Positions 27,979-37,312 of a stretch of 64,000 bases of DNA are shown piece by piece. Location: positions 186,001 to 250,000 of the forward strand of contig OZ245843.1 of the NCBI GenBank assembly GCA_965228875.1. Direction: 5' to 3'. The notes under the pieces are model-generated. The model ran no database searches, was not told the DNA's origin, and was given only the letters and a program-made list of their open reading frames with translations. The position numbers and the translations under genes are program-made. This DNA comes from Thalassobaculaceae bacterium. GTDB taxonomy: Bacteria > Pseudomonadota > Alphaproteobacteria > Thalassobaculales > Thalassobaculaceae. The stretch's first letter is position 1; every line of letters starts with the position of its first letter.

Positions 27979-29268
27979 TTACCGCTTCACGCGGATGATC
28001 TCGTCGAGCAGTTCGTCGCCCGTGGTGATGACTCGGGTCGCTGCCGAGTACGCCCGCTGGGTGACGATCAGATCGGTGAACTCGGCGGAGATATCGACCG
28101 TCGAGCGTTCGAGCGCCTCGGATTCGACGAAGCCCAGCCCCTGCGTTCCGGGCCTGGCGAGGACCAGTTCGCCGGAGTCGTTCGACAGGGCGTAGGCGTT
28201 GCCCGTCTCCTGGCGGAGTTCCGTCGCCGCCGGGACGGAGGCGAGGGCCAGCTGATACAGGGCGCGCGACTCGCCGTTCCGGAATTGGCCGGTCACAAGT
28301 CCGTCGTCGTCGATGTCGACCTGCAGCAGGTCGGACGGGCCGGAACCGTCCTGGTTCAGCAGGGTGGCCTCGTAGATGTCGTCGAACTGGCCGAGGCCGG
28401 TCGAGCTGTCATAGGTGCCCCAGACCACGGTCGGCGAGGCGGCGTTCGCGCCGGTCGAGAACACGTTGGCCGGGATCGTCAGGTTGGTCAGCGCCGTCGC
28501 CGCCGAGGTACCGGTGCTGCCGTCGACGACGTTCAGCGTGCCGTCACCGTTGAAGACGACCGAACCGCCGGCCAGGATCTGGTTGGTGTTGCCGTTGGAG
28601 TTGGTGACGTCGACCGTATAGGTCCAGGTGTTCGCCGCCGCCGACTTCGTCCAGTTGACCGTCAGCAGGTGATCGGTGCCCAGGGAGTCGAAGATCGTCA
28701 GGTTGGTCGTCGCCGTCGTGCCGGTGGCCGAAGCGGCCGGCAGGTTGGCGGCGATGTTCAGCTCGGTGGTCGGATTGGCGATCGAGCTGAAACCCGTCAG
28801 GTTGACCGTCTCCAGGCTGGTCAGCAGATCCTGGGTGGTCGAGTTGACGATGTTGCCGTTGGTGTCGGTCCGCCAGCCCTGCAGATAGTAGCCGGCGGTG
28901 TTCACCAGGTTGCCGTCCTCGTCCTGGGTGAACGAGCCGGCGCGGGTGAAGAGGAATTCGCCGTCGGATCCGTCGGTCTGGTTGACGACGAAGAAGCCTT
29001 CGCCGATCAGGGCGAGGTCGGTGTCCGACGTCGTGCCCTGGATCTGGCCCTGCTTCTGCGGATCGGTGAACGGACGCGAGATCACGCCGCCCGGTGCGAA
29101 CTGCGTGTCGCTGGCCGACTCGGTCACCAGGGTCTGAAAGCGGACCCGGGTTTCCTTGTAGCCGGTGGTGTTCACGTTCGCGATGTTGTCCGAGATCGCC
29201 GCAAAGGCCGTGGACTGCGCATCGATCGCCGCCACGCCCGCGAACAAGCCGCCATAGATACCACTCAT
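27979..29268 (-). CDS. flgE: Hook protein FlgE
   Basis: SDNIANVNTTGYK, TDLAL.GEGFF, FTRAGSF, LE.S.VD...EFTDLI..QRAY. Confidence 0.96.
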   Translation of the reverse strand: MSGIYGGLFAGVAAIDAQSTAFAAISDNIANVNTTGYKETRVRFQTLVTESASDTQFAPGGVISRPFTDPQKQGQIQGTTSDTDLALIGEGFFVVNQTDGSDGEFLFTRAGSFTQDEDGNLVNTAGYYLQGWRTDTNGNIVNSTTQDLLTSLETVNLTGFSSIANPTTELNIAANLPAASATGTTATTNLTIFDSLGTDHLLTVNWTKSAAANTWTYTVDVTNSNGNTNQILAGGSVVFNGDGTLNVVDGSTGTSAATALTNLTIPANVFSTGANAASPTVVWGTYDSSTGLGQFDDIYEATLLNQDGSGPSDLLQVDIDDDGLVTGQFRNGESRALYQLALASVPAATELRQETGNAYALSNDSGELVLARPGTQGLGFVESEALERSTVDISAEFTDLIVTQRAYSAATRVITTGDELLDEIIRVKR

Positions 29269-29380
29269 TTTTCTTTCCTCCAGAGAATGCGCGCGGTCAG
29301 GCCCGCCGTCCGCATCGGGAAGCTTGATTGGGCGCCTTCTGGCTCGGGACCCGGCTGCGTTCTGCGGCCGGTCGTCTTGA

Positions 29381-30049
29381 TCAGTCGTCGGCCGCGTAGA
29401 CCGACATGACTTCGCTGAGGTTGTATTCGGCGAGTCCGAGCTTCAGCGTGGGCTCGCCGCTGTCGTTGAATCCGGCGCCGGTGACCCGGCCGGTGATGTC
29501 CTTGGTCGCCGAGATCGTCTCGCCGTCGGCGTCCTGCGCCTTGACCGTGAAGAGGTAGAGGCCCGGGTCGACCGGATCGCCATCCTGGTCGGTGCCGTCC
29601 CACGTCACCTCGTGGCGCTGGGCGCTGGTGCCGCCCTCGATCTCGCGCACAAGGGCGCCGCTCTGACTGTAGATCTTGACCGACAGGGAGTCGGCCCTCT
29701 CGGCCGGCTCGTAGCCGAAGGTGATCGGGCTCTCGCCGTCGAAGTTGGTGATGTCGCCTTCGACCTGGACGTCTTTGCCGATGTAGGTGACGGCTGCCGC
29801 GTCGGCGCTGGCGTTCAGCAGCCCGATCAGCGATTCCAGGTTGTCGTTCGACTTGATCTGCTGCTCGACCGACGAGAAGTTCACCAGCTGGTTCACCATG
29901 TCCTTGTTGTCCATGGGGTTCAGCGGGTCCTGGTTCTGCAGCTGGGTGGTCAGCAGGGTCAGGAACTGGTCGTACTGATCGGCCAGGCCGACGAGCGATG
30001 TCGCCGAGTCCGTGGTGCCGGTCGTGCTGGTGGCGCTCGTTACGTCCAT
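29381..30049 (-). CDS. flgD: Hook cap FlgD
   Basis: FLTLLTTQLQNQDPLNPMD, WDG.D..G. Confidence 0.96.
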   Translation of the reverse strand: MDVTSATSTTGTTDSATSLVGLADQYDQFLTLLTTQLQNQDPLNPMDNKDMVNQLVNFSSVEQQIKSNDNLESLIGLLNASADAAAVTYIGKDVQVEGDITNFDGESPITFGYEPAERADSLSVKIYSQSGALVREIEGGTSAQRHEVTWDGTDQDGDPVDPGLYLFTVKAQDADGETISATKDITGRVTGAGFNDSGEPTLKLGLAEYNLSEVMSVYAADD

Positions 30050-30060
30050 TTCACTATCTC

Positions 30061-31866
30061 CTAGGCCACGAGGTCGAGGCTGCCGTCGGCCTTCACGCCG
30101 CCGGACCCTTCGTCCTGCTCAGTCTCGGCGACGGCGTCGCCGTCATCGCCACCATGGGACGGGCCGTCCTTCCCGGCCGCGTCGCCGGATCCGTCGCCGG
30201 TGTCCTCGGCGGACTGACCGCCGTCACCGCGCAGATCGAACTCGAGGGAGTCCCCGTCGGTCTGCAGCCCGGCGTCCTGCAGGGCCTTCTCCAGGCCCTT
30301 GGCATCGCGTTGAAGCAGTTCGAGGGTTTCCGGCCGCTCGACGGCGATCACCGCGCGGACCTTGCCGTCATTGGCGATCTCCATTTTCACGTCGACCTTG
30401 CCCAGTTCCTCAGGGTTCAGCCGCACCGTGACGCGCCCGCCGCCATCCTTGGCGGTGGCCGAGAGCTTCACCGCAACCTGGTCGGCCGGGGTGCCAGGAG
30501 CGGCACCCGGCCGGCCATGAGCGGTTGCGGCCGCTCGGTTGACCGGGGAGGCGGAGGTATGCGTGCTCTGGGGTCCGCCAACCCCGGCCATCGTCATCGG
30601 TGTCGTAGAGGAGGATGCGGTCGAGGCGCCCATCGGGCGGACCGCGTCGCCGCTGGACAGGGCGGCAGCCTGTGGCCGCGCCGTCCGGGTGGCGAGAATC
30701 TGCTGGAACTGGGCGCGCGAGGCGTCGCCGCCGAAGCCGCGCTGGCCGATCGTCGCGCCGAAGCTGACGCCGACCTGCTGCGGACTGCCCTGGCCCTGGT
30801 TCCCGGCATTCTGTCCACCGGGGTTCTGGCCGCTGGCATTCTGTCCGCCGGCATTCTGGCCATTTGCGTTCTGGCCGCCGCCCGAATTCGCCGCGTCGGC
30901 ACCGACGAAGGTCGGCTGGTTGCCGCCCACGTGCAGGGTCGCTGCCCCGCCGTTGGCGGTCGAAACCTGTGGCTGGGCACCGGCGGCGGCCTGCTGGGCC
31001 TGGACCAGAACGGCGGAGGACACGCCCTGCGAGCGGGCCACCGGCGTGGCCGGCTCGACCGTTACCTTGGCGTTCATCAGCGCATCGCCACGACCGCCGG
31101 TTTCCGGCTTCTGGCCGTTGCCCGCTGTCTTGGCGATCCGCTCGCCTTCACCGGTCGCGGCCTGCGCCTGCTGAGCGGCCGCCTGCTGCGCCGCCGTCAG
31201 CTGGGGCTCGCGCGGCTGCGGCATGGCTTCCTGCGGACGCGGTGTCGCAGTGGCGGCCTGGGTCGCGGCCTGGGTGGCTGCCTGGGCAGCGTTTTGTGGA
31301 GCGAGATCCTTGGCCGGCGACGGTGCGGCGGTATCGGGCCGTTCCGGACCGCGTCCGGCGGCGGTCGGGTCGACCGGCTGCGACGCGCCGGCGGTCGCCG
31401 CCGACTGGGTCTGGGCCGGCAGGCGATCCGCGATCTGGGTGGCCGACGCGTCCGGTGCGGCGGTCGCGGCCTGCGACGTGACCGGGGTCTGCGCCTGGGC
31501 GCTTGCCTGGTCGTCGGTCGTCGCGATCGGTGCCGGGGTCGTCTGAGGCAGCGGATCGACGGTGACGACAGGCTCGGCCCCTACGTCGGCGTCCCGCTCA
31601 TGGGTGTCCTTTTCATCGGAAGACTTCGGGGCATCAGAGGCGCGGACGTCGTCGGACTCGTCCTTGTCGTCGAAATCGTCCCTGTCGTCGACACGCGACG
31701 CCCTGGCTGAGTCGGAGCGGTCGACGGGCCGGGACTCGGTCCGGTTGGCGGAGATCTCCGCCATCATCTGCATGACGCCCTTAAAGGCCCCACCGCTGGA
31801 TGACTGCGTGTCACGGCCGCCGGCCGCTGCCGCTGTTGCCCGTGGATCGATCGCTTGGAGGTCCAT
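30061..31866 (-). CDS. fliK: Hook-length control protein FliK
   Basis: Ala/Gln/Pro-rich ruler region; LNPEELGKVDV...ERPETLELLQRD...L..ALQDAGL; precedes flgD. Confidence 0.92.
   Translation of the reverse strand: MDLQAIDPRATAAAAGGRDTQSSSGGAFKGVMQMMAEISANRTESRPVDRSDSARASRVDDRDDFDDKDESDDVRASDAPKSSDEKDTHERDADVGAEPVVTVDPLPQTTPAPIATTDDQASAQAQTPVTSQAATAAPDASATQIADRLPAQTQSAATAGASQPVDPTAAGRGPERPDTAAPSPAKDLAPQNAAQAATQAATQAATATPRPQEAMPQPREPQLTAAQQAAAQQAQAATGEGERIAKTAGNGQKPETGGRGDALMNAKVTVEPATPVARSQGVSSAVLVQAQQAAAGAQPQVSTANGGAATLHVGGNQPTFVGADAANSGGGQNANGQNAGGQNASGQNPGGQNAGNQGQGSPQQVGVSFGATIGQRGFGGDASRAQFQQILATRTARPQAAALSSGDAVRPMGASTASSSTTPMTMAGVGGPQSTHTSASPVNRAAATAHGRPGAAPGTPADQVAVKLSATAKDGGGRVTVRLNPEELGKVDVKMEIANDGKVRAVIAVERPETLELLQRDAKGLEKALQDAGLQTDGDSLEFDLRGDGGQSAEDTGDGSGDAAGKDGPSHGGDDGDAVAETEQDEGSGGVKADGSLDLVA
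30802..30876 (-). repeat. Five in-frame 15-bp repeats encoding GQN(A/P)x in FliK
   Basis: GQNAN-GQNAG-GQNAS-GQNPG-GQNAG. Confidence 0.8.
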
Positions 31867-31901
31867 GATCCCACCTGCCTGGTCGTTGTCGCGGAAGACG
31901 G

Positions 31902-31917
31902 TGCAAGGTGCGGGCCA
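31902..31917 (-). promoter_or_regulatory. Sigma54 -24/-12 promoter of fliK-flgDE
   Basis: Minus strand TGGCCC-GCACC-TTGCA. Confidence 0.8.
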
Positions 31918-32021
31918 GTTTTTCGGCGTCGTCCAACCGGGGGAATGCCGCGGATCTGGTCCGTTCGGCGTCGCGCGGGCGAGCGGGACAGCCGCAGACG
32001 GTCGGACCGGTGGCGCGACAG

Positions 32022-32068
32022 GGCAGGACTTGCCGACCGGCTGGTTCCGCGGTCGGCAAACCTTGCCG
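32022..32068. promoter_or_regulatory. Paired ftr-like FlbD enhancer sites
   Basis: GGCA-GGACT-TGCC (32022-32034) and CGGCA-AACCT-TGCCG (32054-32068), about 105-150 bp from the fliK sigma54 promoter. Confidence 0.7.
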
Positions 32069-32233
32069 GCTAGGGCGGCAGCTGGTGGGCGGGCTGGTCG
32101 CCGACACGTCCTTTCCCATCGTCCGCTGCATGGCTGTTGGGGCCCGGTTCTCGCGCTGGCCAGGGAGCCGTCCCGCGAATCCCGCCTGTTTCGGCGCTGA
32201 GGGCCGGTCAGTGTCCGCAGTGGCGGCGCTGAA

Positions 32234-32249
32234 CGGCATGTCGGTTGCG
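32234..32249 (+). promoter_or_regulatory. Candidate sigma54 promoter facing flagellin 1
   Basis: CGGCAT-GTCGG-TTGCG with correct GG-N10-GC spacing. Confidence 0.4.
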
Positions 32250-32375
32250 AGGCGATGACCCGCAGGTACCGAAATCACTATATATAAAATACATTATTTT
32301 TTTAGCTAAAATGCTTGACATTAGGTTTCGGAATGTGATTTAACGGTGGACGAGACGGAGTGATCCGTTGTCAGG

Positions 32376-32413
32376 CCGGCAAAAAGCCGGACCTTCCATC
32401 CTTAGAAAGAGGA
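32376..32413 (+). promoter_or_regulatory. Flagellin-1 leader tandem hairpins; the second covers the SD
   Basis: CCGGC-AAAAA-GCCGG and TCCTT-AGAAA-GAGGA. Confidence 0.55.
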
Positions 32414-32420
32414 CAAGACC

Positions 32421-33251
32421 ATGGCTGTGCAGAACTCCATCAACACAAACCCGGCTTCCTTCGTGGCCCTTCGTAACCTCAACTCTGTGAACCGGACGCT
32501 CGACACGATCCAGAATCGTGTTTCGACTGGCTTGAAGGTCACCGGTGCTCTGGACGACGCGTCGAACTTCGCGATCGCGCAGGGCATCCGCGGTGAGCTC
32601 AAGGCGATCGGTGCGGTGACTCAGGGTCTGAACAACGCGAAGGGCATCGGCAAGGTCGCGATCGCCGGCACCACCGGCATCTCCGATCTGCTGACCGATG
32701 TCCGCCAGAAGCTGACCGAGCTGTCGAACGAGGGCATCACGACGCAGCAGCGTCAGATCCTCACGAGCGACTTCACCCAGCTTCTGTCGCAGGCCGCCAA
32801 CTTCATCGACAACGCGGTGTTCAACGGCGTCAACCTTCTCGACACGACAGCCGTGTCGAGCGACGTCGCCACCCTGTCGAACCTGAACGGCGGAACGCTG
32901 GATCTGTCTGCCCAGGATCTGCGGACGACGACCTTGTCGCTCGCCGCGGTCTCCGTCGGCACCGCTTCGGCGGCGCAGGCGGTTATCGCCAACCAGTACT
33001 CCAACCTGGAGTCGGTGGTGAACAGCGCCCTGGGCACCCTGGGTGCGGAGGTTCGGGCTCTCGAGCTGCAGACCTCGTTCCTGGAGCAGATCTCGGACGC
33101 GACGGACGAAGGCCTGGGCAACATCGTGGACGCCGACCTGGCGCGCGAGTCGGCGAAGCTGACCGCCAAGCAGGTGCAGCAGCAGCTGTCGATTCAGACG
33201 CTGGGCATCGCCAATCAGCGTCCGCAGACCCTGCTGGGCCTGTTCGGGTAA
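32421..33251 (+). CDS. fliC: Flagellin 1 (276 aa)
   Basis: SINTN, RVSTGLKV..ALDDAS.FAIA, FNGVNLL, GNIVDADLARESA.L.A.QVQQQL. Confidence 0.97.
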   Translation: MAVQNSINTNPASFVALRNLNSVNRTLDTIQNRVSTGLKVTGALDDASNFAIAQGIRGELKAIGAVTQGLNNAKGIGKVAIAGTTGISDLLTDVRQKLTELSNEGITTQQRQILTSDFTQLLSQAANFIDNAVFNGVNLLDTTAVSSDVATLSNLNGGTLDLSAQDLRTTTLSLAAVSVGTASAAQAVIANQYSNLESVVNSALGTLGAEVRALELQTSFLEQISDATDEGLGNIVDADLARESAKLTAKQVQQQLSIQTLGIANQRPQTLLGLFG

Positions 33252-33283
33252 TCGGCCCGCACGCCGAAAGGCACAAAAACCGT

Positions 33284-33308
33284 GGGGTGGAGCCGCCGGC
33301 TCCACCCC
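33284..33308 (+). terminator. Stable hairpin after flagellin 1 (no U tract; terminator or 3' stabiliser)
   Basis: GGGGTGGAGCC-GCC-GGCTCCACCCC. Confidence 0.5.
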
Positions 33309-33510
33309 CACCCAGACGAAAAAAGTGAGACCCGGAAGAAGGAGCGAATAGTTCGAATTTTACGCATCGAATCCGTTGGTTAGGAAATTTCAGCTCCAGC
33401 CCGATGAGGCCTCCGCCCCTGCGGCGTCGCCGTCGACCGAAAAATTCGGTTGACTAGGCGATGCGCGTGGGGCAATCGTGTTGGTGCTCTGGGGTCCGTC
33501 GACCCCCTTT

Positions 33511-33542
33511 CGGACAAAATGTCCGTGTCCTTAGAATGAGGA
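33511..33542 (+). promoter_or_regulatory. Flagellin-2 leader tandem hairpins; the second covers the SD
   Basis: CGGAC-AAAAT-GTCCG and TCCTT-AGAAT-GAGGA. Confidence 0.55.
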
Positions 33543-33549
33543 GGCCACA

Positions 33550-34380
33550 ATGGCTGTTCAGAACTCCATCAATACCAACGCTTCTGTCTTCACCGCGCTC
33601 CGGACCCTGAATTCAGTCAACCGGAACCTCGACACGATCCAGAATCGTGTTTCGACCGGTCTGAAGGTTTCCGGCGCTCTCGATGACGCTTCCAACTTCT
33701 CCATCGCCCAGGGTATCCGCGGCGAGCTGAAGGGGCTGGCTGCCGTCACGCAGGGGCTCAACAATGCCAAGGGTATCGGCCAGGTGGCGGTCGCCGGTGC
33801 GACCGGTCTCTCGAACCTGCTGACCGATGTCCGCCAGAAGCTGACCGAGCTGTCGAACGAAGGTATCACCACCGCGCAGCGGACGATCCTGACGAGCGAC
33901 TTCAACCAGCTTCTGTCCCAGGCCGCCAACTTCATCGACAACGCGGTGTTCAACGGCGTCAACCTGCTCGACACGACAGCCGTGTCGAGCGACATCAACA
34001 CGCTGTCGAACCTGAATGGCGGTACGCTGACGCTTTCCGCGCAGGACCTGCGGACGACCACCGTGTCGCTCGCCGGCGTGTCGGTGGGTACTGCGTCGGC
34101 CGCTCAGGCCGTTATCGCCAACCAGTACTCCAACCTGGAGTCGGTGGTGAACTCGGCGCTGGGTTCGCTGGGTGCTGAGGTGCGTGCCCTGAACCTGCAG
34201 ACCTCGTTCATCGAGCAGATCTCGGACGCCACCGAGGAAGGTCTCGGCAACATCGTCGATGCCGACCTGGCGCGTGAGTCCGCGGCTCTGACCGCTCTGC
34301 AGGTGCAGCAGCAGCTGTCGATCCAGACGCTGGGCATCGCCAACCAGCGGCCGCAGTCCCTGCTGGGTCTGTTCCGTTAA
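33550..34380 (+). CDS. fliC: Flagellin 2 (276 aa)
   Basis: Same flagellin N- and C-terminal motifs; close paralogue of flagellin 1. Confidence 0.97.
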   Translation: MAVQNSINTNASVFTALRTLNSVNRNLDTIQNRVSTGLKVSGALDDASNFSIAQGIRGELKGLAAVTQGLNNAKGIGQVAVAGATGLSNLLTDVRQKLTELSNEGITTAQRTILTSDFNQLLSQAANFIDNAVFNGVNLLDTTAVSSDINTLSNLNGGTLTLSAQDLRTTTVSLAGVSVGTASAAQAVIANQYSNLESVVNSALGSLGAEVRALNLQTSFIEQISDATEEGLGNIVDADLARESAALTALQVQQQLSIQTLGIANQRPQSLLGLFR

Positions 34381-34402
34381 TCGGGACTCCATCGAAGATA
34401 CG

Positions 34403-34432
34403 GGGCCGGACGTTCAGTCCGGCCCTTTTTTT
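34403..34432 (+). terminator. Intrinsic terminator after flagellin 2
   Basis: GGGCCGGAC-GTTCA-GTCCGGCCC followed by T7. Confidence 0.88.
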
Positions 34433-34437
34433 ATCGG

Positions 34438-36225
34438 TCAACCGTCACGCTCAGACCGTCCGTTCTTCGCCAGACGGCTCTCCACCAGATCCGCCGCCGA
34501 CCGCGCCATCTCTTCCCAGGCCACGTCGGGCGCCCGGTAGATCCGTCGCACCGACGGAAACCAGGGGTGCTCGCGCTGGCCGAGACCGACCCATCCGGGA
34601 TGCAGCGCAAGCCCAACCGCCGGCACGCCAAGCGCCCCGGCCAGGGCGAGCACGGCGGTGTCGGCGCTAACCACGAGGTCGAGAGCCGCCATCAGTGCCG
34701 CCACCCCCTCCTGATCGTCACGCCGGTCGAGCCCCGGCGGCAGAACCAGCGCCGAGCCGTCGCCGACCGGCGCGTCGCGAAGCTCGTCGCGGCAGTCGTC
34801 GTACTGCAGGGCGACGAAGAACTTGTTGCGGCACGACAGCAACGGCCGGCAGTCGGCGATGTCGGGATAGTGCCGGCGTCGATGCCCGCCCAGCCGTCCC
34901 GAACGCCAGCAGAATCCGATCGCCGGCCGGCCCAGCGTCGTGGCGGCGAGCCAGTGGCGCCAGTGACCGACGGCCATCGGGTCGGCGACCAGGCCGGGGT
35001 TGAAGTCGGAGAACAGGCGGAATTCGGGTCGCAGGATCTCCATCAGATCGCCGGCGAGGCACCAGTGGGTGAACTCTCCGCCGTGCTTCGGTTCGACGAA
35101 GCGACGGCGCCAGGCAAGATGTGGGTGCGCCCGGGCGCCGAGCGGAATGAGGCGCGGATCGGCCTCAACCGTGACCTCGGACAGCAGGCCGTCGGCGACG
35201 CGCCGGTCGAGGTCGCGCCACAGGGTCGAGAATAACAGTTCGTCGCCGAGACCCTGCTCCGCCAGGACGAGGAGGCGCGCTCCGGCCTCGCCGGACCAGC
35301 GCGCGAGATCGGGTCCGCGCGTCTTGCGGCGGGCCGGGCGATGTCGGAACAGAGGCCAGCCCCCCCGAAGATCGCCGCCGGCGAGGCGATAGGCTCCCAG
35401 GTTGGCAAGCACCTCGGGACGGTCCGGCGCGACGGTCATCGCGCGGGTGCCGGCGGTGACCGCACCCGCGTAGTCGGCAATCCGGTAGAGCGTCTCGCCG
35501 CGGTTGCCCCAGGCCTGGGCATGGCCGGGGTCCAGCAGGAGCGCACGTGCCGTGTCGGTCAGCGCCGCCGCGACATCATCCATCTCCGTCGCCGCCGCGG
35601 CCCGCTCCGCCAGGCCCCGCGGATCGTTCGGACGCAGGACCAGGGCCCGGGAGGCCAGTCGTCGAGCCAATTCGGGGCGCCCGCCGCGGCGCTGCAGATC
35701 GGCGAGGTCGAGATGGACCATCGGATCGTCCGGCGCCAGACACAGGGCGCGCCAAAGCCGGACCCTGCCGGCGCCGACGGCGGAGTCGGCAACCCGCTGG
35801 CCGGCGCGCACCCACGCTTCGGGAGCATCCGGTGCGAGCGCGAGCAGCCGCCGGAGAACGGCATCGGGTGTTGTCGGCGAACCGGTTAGAACGGCCATCG
35901 CCTCCCGCGCTCCGGGATCTAGAACCAGCGCGCGGCGGGCCGGATCGCCGGAGTTGCGCGGGCCGTCGGTGCGGTCGATACATACCGCGAGATGCGTCCA
36001 ACCGTTGGCGTTGTCCGGCGCGAGGCGAACGGCAAGCTCAAGGTCGGCGCGCGCGTCATCGGGCCGATCCAGCTGAAGGATCGCGAAGCCGCGCAGGTGG
36101 CGGGCGGTCGGATGCGTCGGGTCGATCGCGAGGACGGCGTCGTAGGCGGCGATCGCCTGAACGACGGCGCCGGCACGGTGGGCCTGAAGTCCGGCCCGGA
36201 GAGCCGAGGCGAGGGTGACCGTCAT
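34438..36225 (-). CDS. TPR + GT-B glycosyltransferase, FlmG-like (paralogue 2)
   Basis: TPRs; EQGLGDELLF, IGFCWRS, ALQYD, LDLVVSADT, HPWFP. Confidence 0.75.
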   Translation of the reverse strand: MTVTLASALRAGLQAHRAGAVVQAIAAYDAVLAIDPTHPTARHLRGFAILQLDRPDDARADLELAVRLAPDNANGWTHLAVCIDRTDGPRNSGDPARRALVLDPGAREAMAVLTGSPTTPDAVLRRLLALAPDAPEAWVRAGQRVADSAVGAGRVRLWRALCLAPDDPMVHLDLADLQRRGGRPELARRLASRALVLRPNDPRGLAERAAAATEMDDVAAALTDTARALLLDPGHAQAWGNRGETLYRIADYAGAVTAGTRAMTVAPDRPEVLANLGAYRLAGGDLRGGWPLFRHRPARRKTRGPDLARWSGEAGARLLVLAEQGLGDELLFSTLWRDLDRRVADGLLSEVTVEADPRLIPLGARAHPHLAWRRRFVEPKHGGEFTHWCLAGDLMEILRPEFRLFSDFNPGLVADPMAVGHWRHWLAATTLGRPAIGFCWRSGRLGGHRRRHYPDIADCRPLLSCRNKFFVALQYDDCRDELRDAPVGDGSALVLPPGLDRRDDQEGVAALMAALDLVVSADTAVLALAGALGVPAVGLALHPGWVGLGQREHPWFPSVRRIYRAPDVAWEEMARSAADLVESRLAKNGRSERDG

Positions 36226-36398
36226 GCCGGAGGTGCCGAATCGATCGCCGACTCGTCTGGCAGACCGGTCGCGCGGGCAGGGGACGTCACGCCGGCCGGT
36301 GCGGGAAAACCCGCGCTGCGGCTATCGCGACCCACATATCCCATACGCCTTCACCCAGCTTCGCTTGACACTTGGAATATCGATGCGACATTTAATGC

Positions 36399-36836
36399 AT
36401 GCCACTTAAGGTCAACATCAAGCCTGGGGAAAAATTCGTCGTCAACGGCGCCGTCATGGTTGCCGGCAACAAGGGCGCGTCCCTGGTGCTGCAGAACGAA
36501 GCGACGATCCTGCTGGGCAAGGACATCATGCAGGAGCATGAGGCCGACAGTCCGGCCAAGCGGATCTATTTCACGATCCTGCTGATGTACCTCGATGAGG
36601 ATGGCCGGCAGGATTACTACCCGACGTTCATGCGGCTGATCGAGGACTTCATGGAGGCGACGACCTTCAACGAGGTCCGCCGCACGCTCCTCCACATCGT
36701 GCAGGACGTGAACGCCGCGCGTTACTATCGGGCGTTAAAGACTTGTAAAACTTTAATCGCCTATGAAGAGCAGGTGTTGGCATACGGGCGCGGCGAGACG
36801 ACCGAAAAGCCCAGTGTCGCACTGGAAACGCCTTGA
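36399..36836 (+). CDS. flbT: Flagellin translational regulator FlbT
   Basis: LK..IKPGEKFVVNGAV, ADSPAKRIYF, YYRALK.C..LI.YE. Confidence 0.93.
   Translation: MPLKVNIKPGEKFVVNGAVMVAGNKGASLVLQNEATILLGKDIMQEHEADSPAKRIYFTILLMYLDEDGRQDYYPTFMRLIEDFMEATTFNEVRRTLLHIVQDVNAARYYRALKTCKTLIAYEEQVLAYGRGETTEKPSVALETP
36735..36749. promoter_or_regulatory. CtrA-like site embedded in the flbT 3' end
   Basis: TTAA-AGACTTG-TAAA in an AT-rich codon patch about 100 bp upstream of flaF. Confidence 0.45.
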
Positions 36837-36852
36837 TGGACGGTGGTGTCCG

Positions 36853-37299
36853 ATGTCCAGTTACGATGCCTATAACCGAACCATCAAGAACACCGCGTCG
36901 CCGCGGGACGTCGAGTATCGCCTGCTCGGACAGGTTACCGCCGCCCTGATGAAGGCGAAGGACCAGATGGGCGAGTCGCGCACCAAGCCTGCGGTGATGG
37001 CCGAGGTCATGGACGCGCTGAACTGGAACAATCAGGTCTGGGATACCTTCGTCGAGGATGTGGGAACCGAAGGCAACCTGCTGCCGCGGGAACTTCGGGC
37101 CGCAATCGTCAGCCTCGGGATCTGGGTTTCCCGCGAAACCGGCCTCGTCTCCGCCGGCGACGGCGACATCGAGGCTCTGATCTCGGTCAACCGAGCCATC
37201 ATGCGCGGCCTTAACCCCGCCCGCGCCGCTCAGGACGAGCAGGTGGGGGCGCCGGCCCCTGGAACCCCGGCGGCGTCGGCGTCCATCGACTCCGCCTGA
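36853..37299 (+). CDS. flaF: FlaF flagellin regulator/chaperone (paralogue 1)
   Basis: AY..T...SPRDVEYRLL, AL.WN..VW, GN.LP.ELRA.IVSLG.WV, LI.VNR.IM.GL. Confidence 0.92.
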   Translation: MSSYDAYNRTIKNTASPRDVEYRLLGQVTAALMKAKDQMGESRTKPAVMAEVMDALNWNNQVWDTFVEDVGTEGNLLPRELRAAIVSLGIWVSRETGLVSAGDGDIEALISVNRAIMRGLNPARAAQDEQVGAPAPGTPAASASIDSA

Positions 37300-37312
37300 C
37301 CGGGCCCGGTCG

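Noticed and set aside
32340..34392. Antisense ORFs spanning the flagellin genes
   Set aside because: Recur opposite each flagellin because of codon bias; no RBS or motif support
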